Source: an uncultured Eubacteriales bacterium (GTDB lineage: Bacteria; Actinomycetota; Coriobacteriia; Anaerosomatales; PHET01). From it: DNA of 64,000 nucleotides. The DNA lies in the NCBI GenBank assembly GCA_964492775.1, contig CAZBLH010000003.1, forward strand, positions 28,572-92,571, given 5' to 3'. Under the pieces are notes generated by a model. It saw only the letters and a program-made list of their open reading frames with translations, searched no databases and was not told where the DNA came from. Below, piece by piece: positions 11,001 to 20,749 of this stretch. A program made the translations under genes and the position numbers. Numbering within the stretch: the stretch's first letter is position 1; every line of letters begins with the position of its first letter.

Positions 11001-11482
11001 ATCGAGGCGTACTTCTCGGCCCAGCGCCGCGCCTCCTCTGGCGTGCCCCGCTCCACGGACTTGCTGACGATGCCGCTCATACACGCCGAGGTGCCGATAA
11101 GCCCCTCGCTGTACCGCTCGAGAAGCTCGAGGTCCACCTGAGGCTTGTAGTAGAAGCCGGAGACCGCCGCATCGGAAACGAGCGCCATGAGGTTGCGGTA
11201 GCCCTCGTTGTTCTTGGCCAGCAGTAGCAGATGGTACAGGTCAGGCTTGCCGCCGGAGAGCTGGCGCTTGGGAGTGAAGTAGACCTCGCAGCCGATGATC
11301 GGCTTGACCCCGGCCTTGGTGGCGGCGCGATAGAAGTCGACGGCACCGTACATGTAGCCGTGGTCGGTGAGCGCGAGCGCGGGCATCTCGATGTCTCGCG
11401 CACGCGACACGAGCTTCTCTACGCGAGCGGCTCCGTCCAGCATCGAGTACTCGCTGTGGGTGTGCAGATGCACGAACGACAC
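8027..11482 (-). CDS. dnaE: DNA polymerase III alpha subunit DnaE
   Basis: 1151 aa. PHP domain N-terminus (FVHLHTHSEYSMLDGA), polymerase core (PDIDMDF) and a C-terminal OB fold. GTG start. Confidence 0.97.
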   Translation of the reverse strand: MSFVHLHTHSEYSMLDGAARVEKLVSRARDIEMPALALTDHGYMYGAVDFYRAATKAGVKPIIGCEVYFTPKRQLSGGKPDLYHLLLLAKNNEGYRNLMALVSDAAVSGFYYKPQVDLELLERYSEGLIGTSACMSGIVSKSVERGTPEEARRWAEKYASIFAPGDFYIELQDQGIVADNGISQAQINRELSSIASELGLGLVGTNDIHYLEKRDSETQDLLLCIGTGSTLDQPGRMKFSCDQFYMKTPEEMAESLSEYPEAITNTLDVAEKCSLSMEFGKIILPAFPLPEEHTSESLLRSRCIEGAKARYGDPLPDTVMERLEYELEVVNGKGLAAYFLIVADFTQWAKDNDIGVGPGRGSAAGSIISYTLGITALDPIENGLLFERFLNPERTEMPDIDMDFDDERRGEVIDYVRRKYGDEKVAQIITFGTMKARAAVRDAGRVLGFPYGVPDRISKMIPAMPLDITIDQALNGDKKEGIPPSPELVADYKSNPDTKRIIDAARAIEGITRNEGVHAAGVVICPDPLDMHVPVKRDTKGGAVITQYDGPTVADLGLLKMDFLGLRTLTVIATALRQIRENRGVDINIDEIPFDDDATFKLLQRGDTDGVFQVESPGMRNVLKQLKPNQFADIVAVVALYRPGPMDSIPNFIKRKHGKAPIKYYDDRLKPILEETYGLMVYQEQVMQISMEMAGFTAAKADKLRKGMGKKIQAIMDELKPQFVEGSVERGYDARVVEELWRDIAEFAKYAFNKSHAAAYGVLSYQTAYLKAHYPLEFMAAVLTSYTGKTEKIVHYLGACNRAGISVLPPDVNSSGAYFTVVDGAIRFGLAGIRGVGESVVEGIIAARESGPFASLQDFCDRVELSSMNKRTIEALIKAGAFDSTGYTRKHLMSMMDNCVDAAVKRQRDRATGQVSMFDMLAAEDNGFSVDVPEPTDDEWDKKMKLAFEKEMLGIYVSDHPLREIADQVRAAADHSLGDIEELPDGSSGWFAGIVASVDRRPTKKGAMMATVEIEDLDGSIEAVFFPKTYEQYSAILEVDRVLRVRAKLEDNDRGKKLMVLAAEEFDGSKFGRPPKRLVVNADGDALVNGRAEKLKRALGHYPGSDIVELKVWDAAAGKTITCRMQERVDADAGGLHAELMELFGAAAIEA

Positions 11483-11516
11483 GCCGAAGCGCCCCTTTCT
11501 TCGGGCGGGATGCGGT

Positions 11517-11810
11517 TCACTCCTCGCCGAGCTTGCTGATTACGCCGCGGTATCCCTCGGCACCGTAGTTGAGCGCTTTGCTCACACGCGAGATCGTGGT
11601 TGCTGAGGCTCCCGTCGCCTTCTGGATCTCAGCGTAGTGGTCCCCCGCGGCGAGCATGCGCGCGACCTCAAGGCGCTGCGCCATCTCCTGGATCTCGCGA
11701 ACGGTGCACAGATCGAGCAGGAACGCGTACGCCTCGTCGGTGGATTCGAGAGTCAGCAACGCGCGCAGCAACTCCTCCACCTCAGCTGTCCTGAGGCGAT
11801 CCTCGGCCAT
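11517..11810 (-). CDS. YerC/YecD-family TrpR-related small DNA-binding protein
   Basis: 97 aa. The sequence LCTVREIQEMAQRLEVARML...Y.EI...TGASATTISRV is characteristic of the YerC/YecD (TrpR-like) family. Confidence 0.8.
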   Translation of the reverse strand: MAEDRLRTAEVEELLRALLTLESTDEAYAFLLDLCTVREIQEMAQRLEVARMLAAGDHYAEIQKATGASATTISRVSKALNYGAEGYRGVISKLGEE

Positions 11811-11934
11811 TCGTTGTCTACTCCCTCAAGGCTGGGCTACCACAAGATATCGCGGTCAGGATACCACTCGACGACGACATACTGGGTCCGAGCGTGCCGA
11901 GCGGCGCGCCTGTTGCGATAAGCGGCTTGCAGCC

Positions 11935-12669
11935 TCAGACGAGCCCGAGGCTGCGCCACACGCCTGCCGCGATACCGAATGACGGGAGGTACCAGGTCAG
12001 CGCACCGGCGAGGTAGATGATGACGTCCTTGCGCGCAAGGTCGTAGATGTTGAGACCCGGAATGAAGCTCAGCACGATGCCCGCGACCACAAGCACGAAG
12101 GCGACTGCGATTACGACGATCTGCACGACATCGGCGGCCTGCTTCGGCGCGCGAAGTCGGCGCACCAAGCTCACCGCGAGCGGCGCAGCCACGGCCACCA
12201 GGCCCGGCCAGAAGGCGACGGCAAGCCCTTGTCCGGCTATGCCGAGCAACTTGCTCAACGGCACCATGAAGAGCGAGGCGGTGAACATGATCGTCACCCC
12301 GCTCACGACGATGATGGGAGTGAGCACGGCGATTCGGACAAGTCGCTTGCGCAGACTCTCCTCGTGCGCGCTGTCGAGCAGGAACGTAGCGATCAGACCG
12401 AGCAAGAACGGCACCGTCACATAAGAGACGTAGGCGAACGTGTAGGTGGTGGAGCGGTCGTCTCCGAACGGCAGACGGCTCATCAACGCGACGCCCGGAA
12501 TGAGGAACATCAGGATGAACGCGTAGACGGCGGCGTAGGTGTCAAGCAGCCTGGGGACGTGATGGTCGTCGGACTCGTGGGCCTGAGGCACGTCACCGCG
12601 ATACTCGGTGGCGACGGGTGAACCGGCGATATGTGGCGTTGTAGCGGCCATCTGTGTACTCCTCGGCAA
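11935..12669 (-). CDS. Polytopic membrane protein, function unknown
   Basis: 244 aa with about 6 hydrophobic helices and good GC3 coding bias. I recognise no family. Confidence 0.6.
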   Translation of the reverse strand: MPRSTQMAATTPHIAGSPVATEYRGDVPQAHESDDHHVPRLLDTYAAVYAFILMFLIPGVALMSRLPFGDDRSTTYTFAYVSYVTVPFLLGLIATFLLDSAHEESLRKRLVRIAVLTPIIVVSGVTIMFTASLFMVPLSKLLGIAGQGLAVAFWPGLVAVAAPLAVSLVRRLRAPKQAADVVQIVVIAVAFVLVVAGIVLSFIPGLNIYDLARKDVIIYLAGALTWYLPSFGIAAGVWRSLGLV

Positions 12670-12719
12670 AGGGCGATCGAATGCCTGTCGATCAGATAAT
12701 GCCCGCCGGGAGCACGTAG

Positions 12720-13568
12720 CTATATGACTTCAGTCAAGTCTGCCGTCTGACATTGCTCCGGCCCTGCTTCGGCGACCGGGTTGATGAGCGAGCCGATGCC
12801 CGAGATACGCACCTCGACGACGTCGCCGGCCGACAGCGCACTGACCCCTGCCGGCGTGCCGGTAAGCACCACGTCACCAGCCACGAGCGTCATAACGTGG
12901 CTGACAAAGCTCACGAGCTCGAAGGGGTCGAACAGCATGTCGCTTGTGTGTACCGACTGGCGCTGCTCGCCGTTGACGTAGCACTCCAGCGTGAGGTCTC
13001 GCGGATCGGCGAGGTCGGTCTCAACCCAGGGCCCGAGCGGACAGAAGGTATCGAAGCCTTTCGCGCGCGCCCACTGCCCGTCCTTGCCCTGCAGCTCCCG
13101 CGCGGTCACGTCGTTGGCACACGTGAAGCCGAGCGTGTTGGCGCGTGCCTCCCCGGGCGAACAGCGGTGCGTCCGCCGGCCGATGACGACACCCAGCTCG
13201 GCCTCGTGGTCGACTCGGCCCACGCCAGGTGGCAGCAGTATCGGCTCTCCCGGCCCGATCACCGCGGTCGAGGGCTTGATGAAGATCAGGGGCTCGACCG
13301 GCGTGTCGTGGCCCATCTCGGCGATGTGCGCCTTGTAGTTCAATCCCACGCACACGACCTTGGTCGGCGTGACCGGAGCGAGGAACTTGGCTGCCGAGAG
13401 AGGCAGCGACTCCTCAGGCTCCCATGCGGCGAAGGGCTCGTCACTGATGAGCGTGATTGTGTCGTCATCGGCAAGACCGTATCGGCAGTCGTCGCCGTGC
13501 AGGACGCGAACCAGACGCAACCCCGGCACCTCCCCTGAACGCGTAATCGCAACCCTCAAGGAATGCAA
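12720..13568 (-). CDS. Fumarylacetoacetate hydrolase (FAH) family protein
   Basis: 282 aa. VVCVGLNYKAH, DHEAELGVVIG, GFD.FCP.GP and TGTPAGV are typical FAH/HpcE-family blocks. The start is uncertain. Confidence 0.85.
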   Translation of the reverse strand: MHSLRVAITRSGEVPGLRLVRVLHGDDCRYGLADDDTITLISDEPFAAWEPEESLPLSAAKFLAPVTPTKVVCVGLNYKAHIAEMGHDTPVEPLIFIKPSTAVIGPGEPILLPPGVGRVDHEAELGVVIGRRTHRCSPGEARANTLGFTCANDVTARELQGKDGQWARAKGFDTFCPLGPWVETDLADPRDLTLECYVNGEQRQSVHTSDMLFDPFELVSFVSHVMTLVAGDVVLTGTPAGVSALSAGDVVEVRISGIGSLINPVAEAGPEQCQTADLTEVI

Positions 13569-13652
13569 TACGGTGCGCGGCGGGCCATCCCTGCGAGAAC
13601 CGGCTGAGAGTTCGGTGAACGGACAGTCGAGCTGGCGAACGGCGTGCAGGCC

Positions 13653-15212
13653 CTAGGTGGAATCGCCTCGCGACAGCCCGTACTCGATGGAGTCGACGAG
13701 CGCCTCCCAAGATGCCTCGATGACGTTCTCGGAGACACCAACGGTGCCCCAGCTTGTCTCGTGGTCCGTCGTCTCGATGAGAACGCGTGTGACCGCGCCG
13801 GTGCCCTTCTTCTCGTCGAGGACGCGCACCTTGAAGTCGGCGAGCTCGATCTCGGCGAGTCTCGGGTAGAAGCTCGAGATCGCAAGCCTGAGCGCCTTGT
13901 CGAGCGCGTTGACGGGACCGTTGCCCTCGGCGGTGGCGATGAAGCGCTGTCCCTGGCAGTGCACCTTGAGCGTGGCCTCGGTCATCACGCGACCGTCCTC
14001 GCGCTTCTCGGCGATCACCCGGAAGCTCTCGAGCCGGAAGAACGGCACGAACGTCCCAAGCCGCTTCTTGAGCATGATCTCGAGCGAGCCGTCGGCAGCC
14101 TCGAAGCTGTAACCCTGGTACTCGAGCTCCTTGATCGAGTCGAGCACCTCCGTGGCCGTCTCTCCGGTGAGCTCGATCCCCATCTCCTGGGCCTTCATCA
14201 TCAGCGAGGTGCGTCCGGCGAGCTCACTGACGATCACGCGTGCCATGTTGCCCACCGCCGAGGCGTCAACGTGCTCGTACGCCTCGGGCAGCCGCGCTGC
14301 AGCAGACGCATGCACACCGCCCTTGTGCGCGAACGCGCTCGTGCCCACGTAGGGCTGGTGCGGGTTGGGCGCGATGTTGGCGATCTCTGCCACGAAGTGG
14401 CTGACCTCGGTGAGCAGCCGCAAGCGTTCGCGACCAATGGCGTGGCGTCCCATCTTGAGCTCGAGAGCGGGGATGATCGACATGAGATTGGCGTTGCCGG
14501 CCCGCTCACCATACCCGTTGGCTGTGCCTTGCACCTGGACGCAACCCGCCTCGACAGCCACGAGCGAGTTGGCGACCGCACACCCCGAGTCGTCGTGCGC
14601 ATGGATGCCGAGCCGGACACTCGGCAGGGCCGCCGCCGTCTCGGCCACGATGCGCATCACGTCCTGCGGAAGCGTGCCGCCGTTGGTGTCGCACAGCACG
14701 ACGGTGTCGGCGCCGGCCTCGGCAGCGGCGCGGCACACCGCGATGGCGTACTCGGGGTCCGCGACGTAGCCGTCAAAGTAATGCTCGGCATCGAAGAAGA
14801 CGGTGCGCCCAGCCGACACAAGGAAGGTCACCGAGTCACGCACCATCGCGATGTTGGTCTCAAGCGTGGTCCGAAGCGTCTCGGTGACATGCACCGTCCA
14901 CGCTTTACCGAAGATGCACAGCGCCTCGCAGCCTGTCTCGAGCAGGGCCGCCAGCCCCGGGTCCTCGTCGGCGGGAAGGTCCTTGTGTCGCGTTGAGCCG
15001 AAGGCCGAGATGATCGCGTTCTCCAGGCGCAGCTCACCCGCGCGCTCGAAGAACTCGGCGTCCTTGGGGTTCGAGCCGGGAAACCCGCCCTCAATGTAGC
15101 GCACGCCGAGAAGGTCGAGCTTGGCCGCGATCCGCAGCTTGTCGTCGACCGATAGTGACATTCCTTCGCGCTGCGTGCCGTCGCGCAGCGTGGTGTCGTA
15201 GATCGCGATCAT
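13653..15212 (-). CDS. cimA: (R)-citramalate synthase CimA (LeuA-family)
   Basis: 519 aa. IYDTTLRDGTQ and HAHDD.G.AVAN form the HMGL-like domain, followed by a C-terminal LeuA-dimer regulatory domain. The length and N-terminus fit the CimA subgroup better than LeuA. The subgroup assignment is from memory of family signatures. Confidence 0.8.
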   Translation of the reverse strand: MIAIYDTTLRDGTQREGMSLSVDDKLRIAAKLDLLGVRYIEGGFPGSNPKDAEFFERAGELRLENAIISAFGSTRHKDLPADEDPGLAALLETGCEALCIFGKAWTVHVTETLRTTLETNIAMVRDSVTFLVSAGRTVFFDAEHYFDGYVADPEYAIAVCRAAAEAGADTVVLCDTNGGTLPQDVMRIVAETAAALPSVRLGIHAHDDSGCAVANSLVAVEAGCVQVQGTANGYGERAGNANLMSIIPALELKMGRHAIGRERLRLLTEVSHFVAEIANIAPNPHQPYVGTSAFAHKGGVHASAAARLPEAYEHVDASAVGNMARVIVSELAGRTSLMMKAQEMGIELTGETATEVLDSIKELEYQGYSFEAADGSLEIMLKKRLGTFVPFFRLESFRVIAEKREDGRVMTEATLKVHCQGQRFIATAEGNGPVNALDKALRLAISSFYPRLAEIELADFKVRVLDEKKGTGAVTRVLIETTDHETSWGTVGVSENVIEASWEALVDSIEYGLSRGDST

Positions 15213-15248
15213 GCTGTCCGTCTCCCCCGTCGCCGGCAGGCCCGGCGG

Positions 15249-16163
15249 CTACAACCGGTCGAGCCACACCTCATACGCAGGATCCTCGCCGCGCACGGCC
15301 TTGAAGAACGTCTCCTGCAGCTCCTTGGTAACGGGGCCCGGCTCGCCAAGCACGTGCCCGTCCACCGAGCGCACCGGAACGACCTCTGCTGCCGAGCCGG
15401 TCATGAAGAACTCCTCGGCGGTGTAGAGGTCCGTGCGGATGAGCGACTCCTCGAGCACCACGTAGCCGAGGTCGTCGGCGATGAGCATGATCGAGTCGCG
15501 AGTGATGCCCTCGAGAATACCGTCGGAGACCGGCGGGGTCGAGATGACACTGTCGCGGACGATGAATAGGTTCTCGCCTGTGCCCTCGCAGACCTTGCCC
15601 TCCTCGTTGAGGAGGATCGCCTCGTTGTAGCCGTGGCGGTTTGCCTCAATCCGCGCGAACGACGAGTTCAGGTACTGGCCGGTCGCCTTGACCGCGGGCG
15701 GCATAGAGTTGATGCCGCGCTGGCGCCACGAGCTCACGCCGACGTCTACACCTGCGGAGAGCGACTCTTCGCCAAGATAGGAGTCCCAGGGCCATGCGGC
15801 GATCGAAACCACGACCGGAGCCGGCATCGGGTCCAGCCCCATGATGCCGTAGCCGCGGAATGCGAGCGGCCGGATGTAGCAGCTCTTGAGGCCGTTCGCA
15901 GCGATGGTGTCTTTGACGGCCTGCACCATCTCATCCACCGAGTAGGGCAGGTCCATGTAGAGCATCTTGGCCGAGCGCTCGAACCGCTCCATGTGCTCAC
16001 GCAGACGGAAGACGGCGGGACCGTCAGCGGTCTCGTAGCACCGGATGCCTTCGAATACCCCGGACCCGTAGTGCAGCGCATGCGTGAGTACGTGTACCTG
16101 AGCCTTGTCCCAGTCGACGAGCTCGCCATCCATCCAGATCTTGTCCACCGCTGGAAGCGACAT
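15249..16163 (-). CDS. ilvE: Branched-chain amino acid aminotransferase IlvE
   Basis: 304 aa. Class IV aminotransferase blocks are present (HYGSGVFEGIRCY, EGTGEN.F, TGSAAEV.PV). Confidence 0.93.
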   Translation of the reverse strand: MSLPAVDKIWMDGELVDWDKAQVHVLTHALHYGSGVFEGIRCYETADGPAVFRLREHMERFERSAKMLYMDLPYSVDEMVQAVKDTIAANGLKSCYIRPLAFRGYGIMGLDPMPAPVVVSIAAWPWDSYLGEESLSAGVDVGVSSWRQRGINSMPPAVKATGQYLNSSFARIEANRHGYNEAILLNEEGKVCEGTGENLFIVRDSVISTPPVSDGILEGITRDSIMLIADDLGYVVLEESLIRTDLYTAEEFFMTGSAAEVVPVRSVDGHVLGEPGPVTKELQETFFKAVRGEDPAYEVWLDRL

Positions 16164-16220
16164 TGCGAACGCACCTCTCTTCTCACGCTGCAGGGTAATC
16201 CGATTAGTTTACTGCAAGTC

Positions 16221-16246
16221 GCGCCGAGAAAGCAGAGACTCGGCGC
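16221..16246 (-). terminator. GC-rich hairpin downstream of the UPF0104 gene
   Basis: GCGCCGAG-N10-CTCGGCGC is an 8-bp perfect stem, about 20 nt after the stop at 16265. No U-tract follows. Confidence 0.3.
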
Positions 16247-16264
16247 ATAAAGCAGGCGTGGATG

Positions 16265-17227
16265 CTACTCAATCTTCGATGCGAACACCCGACGCAGGAC
16301 ACCCGGGCGTGACGCGAGCACGACCCAGCCGAGAGCTATTCCCAGCCAGAGCGTAGAGGTCCTGACGATCAGGGTCGCCGCCGAAGCACCGGCAGTACTC
16401 ATTCCCAAAGCCACCAAGATGCCGACCATCGAGGCCTCGGTGAGCCCGATGCCACCGGGGAGCATCGTCGCAGCCCCGATAATCGCTGATATCGCGTAGA
16501 TCGAGATGAGCACCAGCGCACTCACGGCATCGAAGCCGAGTTCCCTCACGAACAACACGAACGCGGCGCCCTCCAGCCCCCAAGCGACGAACGCGAGTCC
16601 GGACGACCAGACCAGCACTCGCCACCGGAGAGCCGAGTGAACGGTCTCGGCGATCGAAGAGATCGCCTCCTCGTGCTTTCGCGCCCACGACGTCCTGCAC
16701 GCGAGCTTGGAGGCCAGATCGAGGAACCAGCGGGAACTCAGGACGCGTGTGCCGATAACGAGCAGCGCCAGCCCAGCGGCGAGCCACCACCTACCCGCTC
16801 CGAGCACGGAGAGCCCGCCGAGCGAGAGCAGGCACACCGCAAGCAGATCGGCGACGCGCTCAGAGACGACAAGGGCAAGTCCACGACCCATCGGCATGCC
16901 CGCGAGTTCCCGAGCAAGCCAGGGCTTCAAGGCCTCGCCTACCCTGCCAGGAGTGACCCCCATCGAGTAGCCGGAGGTCTGCAGATACCAGGCATCACGA
17001 ATGCTCACTGGGTAACCGACCAAGCGCATGAGAAGACGCCACCTCACGCTGCGCAAGAAGAACCCCACGACGACCATGGCGATCACAGCAAGCACCGTCG
17101 TCAGCCGATAACTGGCGAGAGCTTTGGTGACCGCACGCCAGTCGCTTACCACGACGAGCACGGTGTAGACGAACGCCGCGAGGATCATCACCAGGATCAT
17201 CGCTCTGAGCGTCTTGCGCAGGGTCAC
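16265..17227 (-). CDS. UPF0104 / lysylphosphatidylglycerol-synthase-TM-like (flippase-like) membrane protein
   Basis: 320 aa, about 8 TM helices. Overall similarity to the LPG_synthase_TM/UPF0104 family (WR...R.LL, GGIG..E motif). Confidence 0.7.
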   Translation of the reverse strand: MTLRKTLRAMILVMILAAFVYTVLVVVSDWRAVTKALASYRLTTVLAVIAMVVVGFFLRSVRWRLLMRLVGYPVSIRDAWYLQTSGYSMGVTPGRVGEALKPWLARELAGMPMGRGLALVVSERVADLLAVCLLSLGGLSVLGAGRWWLAAGLALLVIGTRVLSSRWFLDLASKLACRTSWARKHEEAISSIAETVHSALRWRVLVWSSGLAFVAWGLEGAAFVLFVRELGFDAVSALVLISIYAISAIIGAATMLPGGIGLTEASMVGILVALGMSTAGASAATLIVRTSTLWLGIALGWVVLASRPGVLRRVFASKIE

Positions 17228-17260
17228 AGCTCGCCGCCTGTCAGTGTGTGGCGTTCAGGA

Positions 17261-18370
17261 TCAGAGTGCCCGGACTACGAGATCCCCCATGGCCTCGGTG
17301 CCCACGAGCTTCTCGGCAGGCGTTGAGGCGTCGGCGATGTCGCGCGTCCGCCATCCCTCGGCGAGCACGCACTCGATCGCCGCGGCGAGCCGGTCGGCCT
17401 CGGCGTTCATTTCGAAGCTGTGGCGCAGCATAAGCTCGACCGAGAGCAGCATCGCCAGCGGGTTCGCGACTCCCTGCCCGGCGATGTCGGGAGCGGAGCC
17501 GTGACTCGGTTCGTAGAGCGCGGTCCCGTCACCAAGCGAGGCGCTCGCGAGCATGCCGAGCGACCCGGTGAGCATCGACGCTTCGTCCGAAAGGATGTCG
17601 CCGAACATGTTCTCGGTGACCATCACGTCGAACTGGCCGGGAGCGCGCACGAGCTGCATCGCCGAGTTGTCGACGAGCTGGTCGGCGAGTTCGACGTCGG
17701 TGTACTCCGTCTCGTGCAGGCGGTGTACGACCTCACGCCAGAGCCTCGAGGTCTCCAGCACGTTCGCCTTATCCACGCTGGTGACATGGTTGCGCCGGTT
17801 GCGCGCCGCCTCGAAGGCGACCCGCGCGATGCGCTCGATCTCGAACTCTCGGTAGTCGAGCGTGTCGTACGCGCGCATGCCGGGCGCGCCATCGGTGCCC
17901 GCGCCTTCAACACCGAGCTCGCGAGCACGCGCGCCAAAGTACAGCCCGCCGGTGAGTTCGCGCACGATGAGCATGTCCACGCCCTCGAGGAACTCGGGCT
18001 TCAGGCTCGAGGCGTCACGTAGCGCGTCGAAGATCTTGACCGGCCGCAGGTTCGCGTAGAGCCCCAGCGCTTTCCGGATGCCGAGAAGCCCCTGCTCGGG
18101 CCGTGGCTTGTCCGGGTCGGTCGTGTCCCACTTCGGCCCGCCGATGGCGGCGAGCAGCACCGCATCGGCAGCGTGTGCTGCCGCGAGCGTCTCCTCAGGC
18201 AGCGGGTTACTGGTCGCGTCGATGGCGGCCCCGCCGAGCAAGGCCTCGGTGAACTCGAACTTCGCGTCGGCCATCTCGCCGATCGCGCCGAGGACCTTCA
18301 CCGCCTCGGCGGTGATCTCGGGACCGATCCCGTCGCCGGGAAGCAGGCAGATCGAGTACGTGCGGCTCAT
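17261..18370 (-). CDS. leuB: 3-isopropylmalate dehydrogenase LeuB
   Basis: 369 aa. [25 protein letters not shown] and NMFGDILSD are present. The ATG overlaps the leuD stop (ATGA). Confidence 0.95.
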   Translation of the reverse strand: MSRTYSICLLPGDGIGPEITAEAVKVLGAIGEMADAKFEFTEALLGGAAIDATSNPLPEETLAAAHAADAVLLAAIGGPKWDTTDPDKPRPEQGLLGIRKALGLYANLRPVKIFDALRDASSLKPEFLEGVDMLIVRELTGGLYFGARARELGVEGAGTDGAPGMRAYDTLDYREFEIERIARVAFEAARNRRNHVTSVDKANVLETSRLWREVVHRLHETEYTDVELADQLVDNSAMQLVRAPGQFDVMVTENMFGDILSDEASMLTGSLGMLASASLGDGTALYEPSHGSAPDIAGQGVANPLAMLLSVELMLRHSFEMNAEADRLAAAIECVLAEGWRTRDIADASTPAEKLVGTEAMGDLVVRAL

Positions 18371-18861
18371 CCGTTGACCTTCTCGCGCACGGAGGCAATC
18401 AGCCCGCCGCGCTCGATGATCTCGCGCACGAACGGCGGGAACGGCTGCGCTTGGAACGACTGACCCGTCGTCTCGTTCACGATCATACCGGTGTCGGCGT
18501 CCACGCTCACGCGGTCGCCGGCGGAGATGCCGTCAACTGCGTCGGGCGCCTCCATGATCGGCAGGCCGGTGTTGATGGCGTTGCGATAGAAGATGCGCGC
18601 GAAGCTCTTGGCGATCACAACCGAGACTCCAGCCGCCTTGATCGAGATCGGCGCGTGCTCGCGTGAAGATCCGCAGCCGAAGTTCTCGCCGGCAACGAGG
18701 ATGTCGCCGGACTCGACCTTGGCGACGAACCCCGCGTCGAGGTCCTCCATGCAGTGCTTCGCCAGCTCGGCGGGATCGCTCGTGTTCAGATAGCGGGCCG
18801 GGATGATGACGTCGGTGTCGATGTCACGACCGTACTTGTGCGCGGTACCGGTGAAATTCAC
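18367..18861 (-). CDS. leuD: 3-isopropylmalate/citramalate isomerase small subunit LeuD (short type)
   Basis: Homology starts at [28 protein letters not shown] at 18861 has GGAGCAGGAG 8-10 nt upstream. GCGSSREHA is present. The track ORF (to 19026) is over-extended. Confidence 0.88.
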   Translation of the reverse strand: MNFTGTAHKYGRDIDTDVIIPARYLNTSDPAELAKHCMEDLDAGFVAKVESGDILVAGENFGCGSSREHAPISIKAAGVSVVIAKSFARIFYRNAINTGLPIMEAPDAVDGISAGDRVSVDADTGMIVNETTGQSFQAQPFPPFVREIIERGGLIASVREKVNG

Positions 18862-18951
18862 GGTGGGCTCCTGCTCCGAAGGCGCGGTCGGGTTCGCAGG
18901 ATTGTAGCAGTTCAGAACACGCATAGCAGAAGGTCGCGTTAAGATACAGTC

Positions 18952-20115
18952 ATGAGCCCCTCTGCGCTGTTCGTCACGACCGTCCCCATAACGCTTGAAG
19001 CGTTCTTGCTGCCGTTCGCGGACCACTTCCGAACAGCCGGATGGCGCGTCGACGCGCTAGCGACCGCAGCCACCGAGAACCCGCATGTCGCCGGCCACTT
19101 TGACGAAGTATTCGACGCCACCTGGCGCCGCAACCCTCTGGCTCCCGGCAACTTCCTCGGCGCCGGGCCGCTCGTGCGACGAATCGTTCGTGACGGACAG
19201 TACGACATCGTCCACGTGCACACGCCGGTAGCAGCATTCGTCACCAGGCGTGCGTTGCGCAGCCTTCGGCGGGAGCGCTCGGCAAGCGACCGACCGGCGA
19301 TCATCTACACGGCTCACGGCTTCCACTTCTACGAGGGCCAGTCCGCGGCACCGCACGCGCTCTACCGGACGATGGAGCGAACGGCCGCACGCTGGACGGA
19401 CTTCCTCGTCACTATCAACGCCGAGGACTACGCGGCCGCACGCGCGTTCGGGACCATCGATCCCGCCAGGGTGCGTCTCATTCCGGGCATCGGGGTGGAT
19501 CCGGACGTCTACCACCCGGTGCCGCGCGAATCCACCGAGTCCGAGCGAATCCGACGCGAGCTTGGCTTGGCGCCCGAGGCGTTCATGCTCACGATGGTCG
19601 CCGAGATGGCGCCAGTGAAACGTCACGCTCACCTTTTCCGGGCTATCGCACAGGTGCGCGATCCCGGCGTTACGCTCGTCCTCGTCGGCGAGGGGCCGCT
19701 CGAGGTCGAGCTGAAGTCGCTCGCCGAGTCGCTCGGCATAGCTCCAAAGCTCAGATGGGCGGGCTATCGGAGGGACGTGCCGCTCGTGCTCGGCGCGAGC
19801 GATGCGGCGGTGCTCGTCAGCGAACGCGAAGGCCTGCCACGCTTTGTGCTGGAGGCCATGTCTTGCGCGAGGCCGGTCATCGGGACGGACACTCGGGGAA
19901 TTCGCGACGCGATCGGGTCCGATGCCGGATGGGTAGTCCCAAAGCATGACGTCCTGGCGCTAGCTCGAGCGATCGACGAGGCGGCAGGCGCACGCGAAGC
20001 GCGCCGGCGTCGGGGTGGACTCGCCCGCGAGCGGGTCCTCGCGGAGTTCTCCCTCGGCAGGGTGATCGGCGATTACGAGGAGCTATACGATGAAGCGCTC
20101 GCATCGCGCATTTGA
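18952..20115 (+). CDS. Glycosyltransferase family 4 (GT-B, group 1)
   Basis: 387 aa. C-terminal EGLPRFVLEAMSCARPVIGTD is the E-x7-E GT4 signature. This is the first gene of the island, divergent from leuD. Confidence 0.85.
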   Translation: MSPSALFVTTVPITLEAFLLPFADHFRTAGWRVDALATAATENPHVAGHFDEVFDATWRRNPLAPGNFLGAGPLVRRIVRDGQYDIVHVHTPVAAFVTRRALRSLRRERSASDRPAIIYTAHGFHFYEGQSAAPHALYRTMERTAARWTDFLVTINAEDYAAARAFGTIDPARVRLIPGIGVDPDVYHPVPRESTESERIRRELGLAPEAFMLTMVAEMAPVKRHAHLFRAIAQVRDPGVTLVLVGEGPLEVELKSLAESLGIAPKLRWAGYRRDVPLVLGASDAAVLVSEREGLPRFVLEAMSCARPVIGTDTRGIRDAIGSDAGWVVPKHDVLALARAIDEAAGAREARRRRGGLARERVLAEFSLGRVIGDYEELYDEALASRI

Positions 20116-20749
20116 TGTCGTCAAGCGCGTGGGTGACATCGTGGTCTCGGCGCTGGCTCTCGTGCTACTGAGTCCGCTGCTCGCCCTGATCGCCATCGGC
20201 GTCCTCATCACGATCGGAAGTCCTGTGCTCTTCCGGCAGGAGCGGCCCGGCAAGGGCGGACGCATCTTCACCATCTACAAGTTCCGGACGATGCGCGATG
20301 CGCAGGGCGCCACCGGTGCCGCAGCCGTCGACACCGACGCCGAGCGTCTCACGGCCTTCGGCAGACTCTTGCGCGCGAGCTCCCTCGACGAACTGCCGGA
20401 GCTGGTGAACGTGCTCAAGGGAGACATGAGCATCGTCGGCCCTCGGCCACTGCTGCCGGAGTACTTGCCGCGATACAATGAGAGGCAGGCCAGACGACAT
20501 GAGGTTCGGCCGGGAATCACCGGATGGGCGCAGGTCCATGGCAGGAACGCCCTGTCGTGGGAGGAGCGCTTCGAGATGGACGTCGAGTACGTGGACAACC
20601 GCTCGCTCGGGCTGGATCTGCGCATTCTCGCGATGACCGTCAGCACCGTGTTCTCCCGCAAGGGTGTCTCTGCCGAAGGACACGCGACGATGCCGCCGTT
20701 CGATCCCGAGGGCACCTCGACCGCCGATAAGGACGTGAACGCACGATGA
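20090..20749 (+). CDS. Small monotopic phosphoglycosyl transferase (PglC/WecP-like sugar transferase, initiating enzyme)
   Basis: 219 aa. KR..D, SP(L/V)LF.Q.R.G..G..F...KFRTM, DELP and GPRP motifs are typical of the bacterial sugar transferase family. Confidence 0.9.
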   Translation: MKRSHRAFDVVKRVGDIVVSALALVLLSPLLALIAIGVLITIGSPVLFRQERPGKGGRIFTIYKFRTMRDAQGATGAAAVDTDAERLTAFGRLLRASSLDELPELVNVLKGDMSIVGPRPLLPEYLPRYNERQARRHEVRPGITGWAQVHGRNALSWEERFEMDVEYVDNRSLGLDLRILAMTVSTVFSRKGVSAEGHATMPPFDPEGTSTADKDVNAR

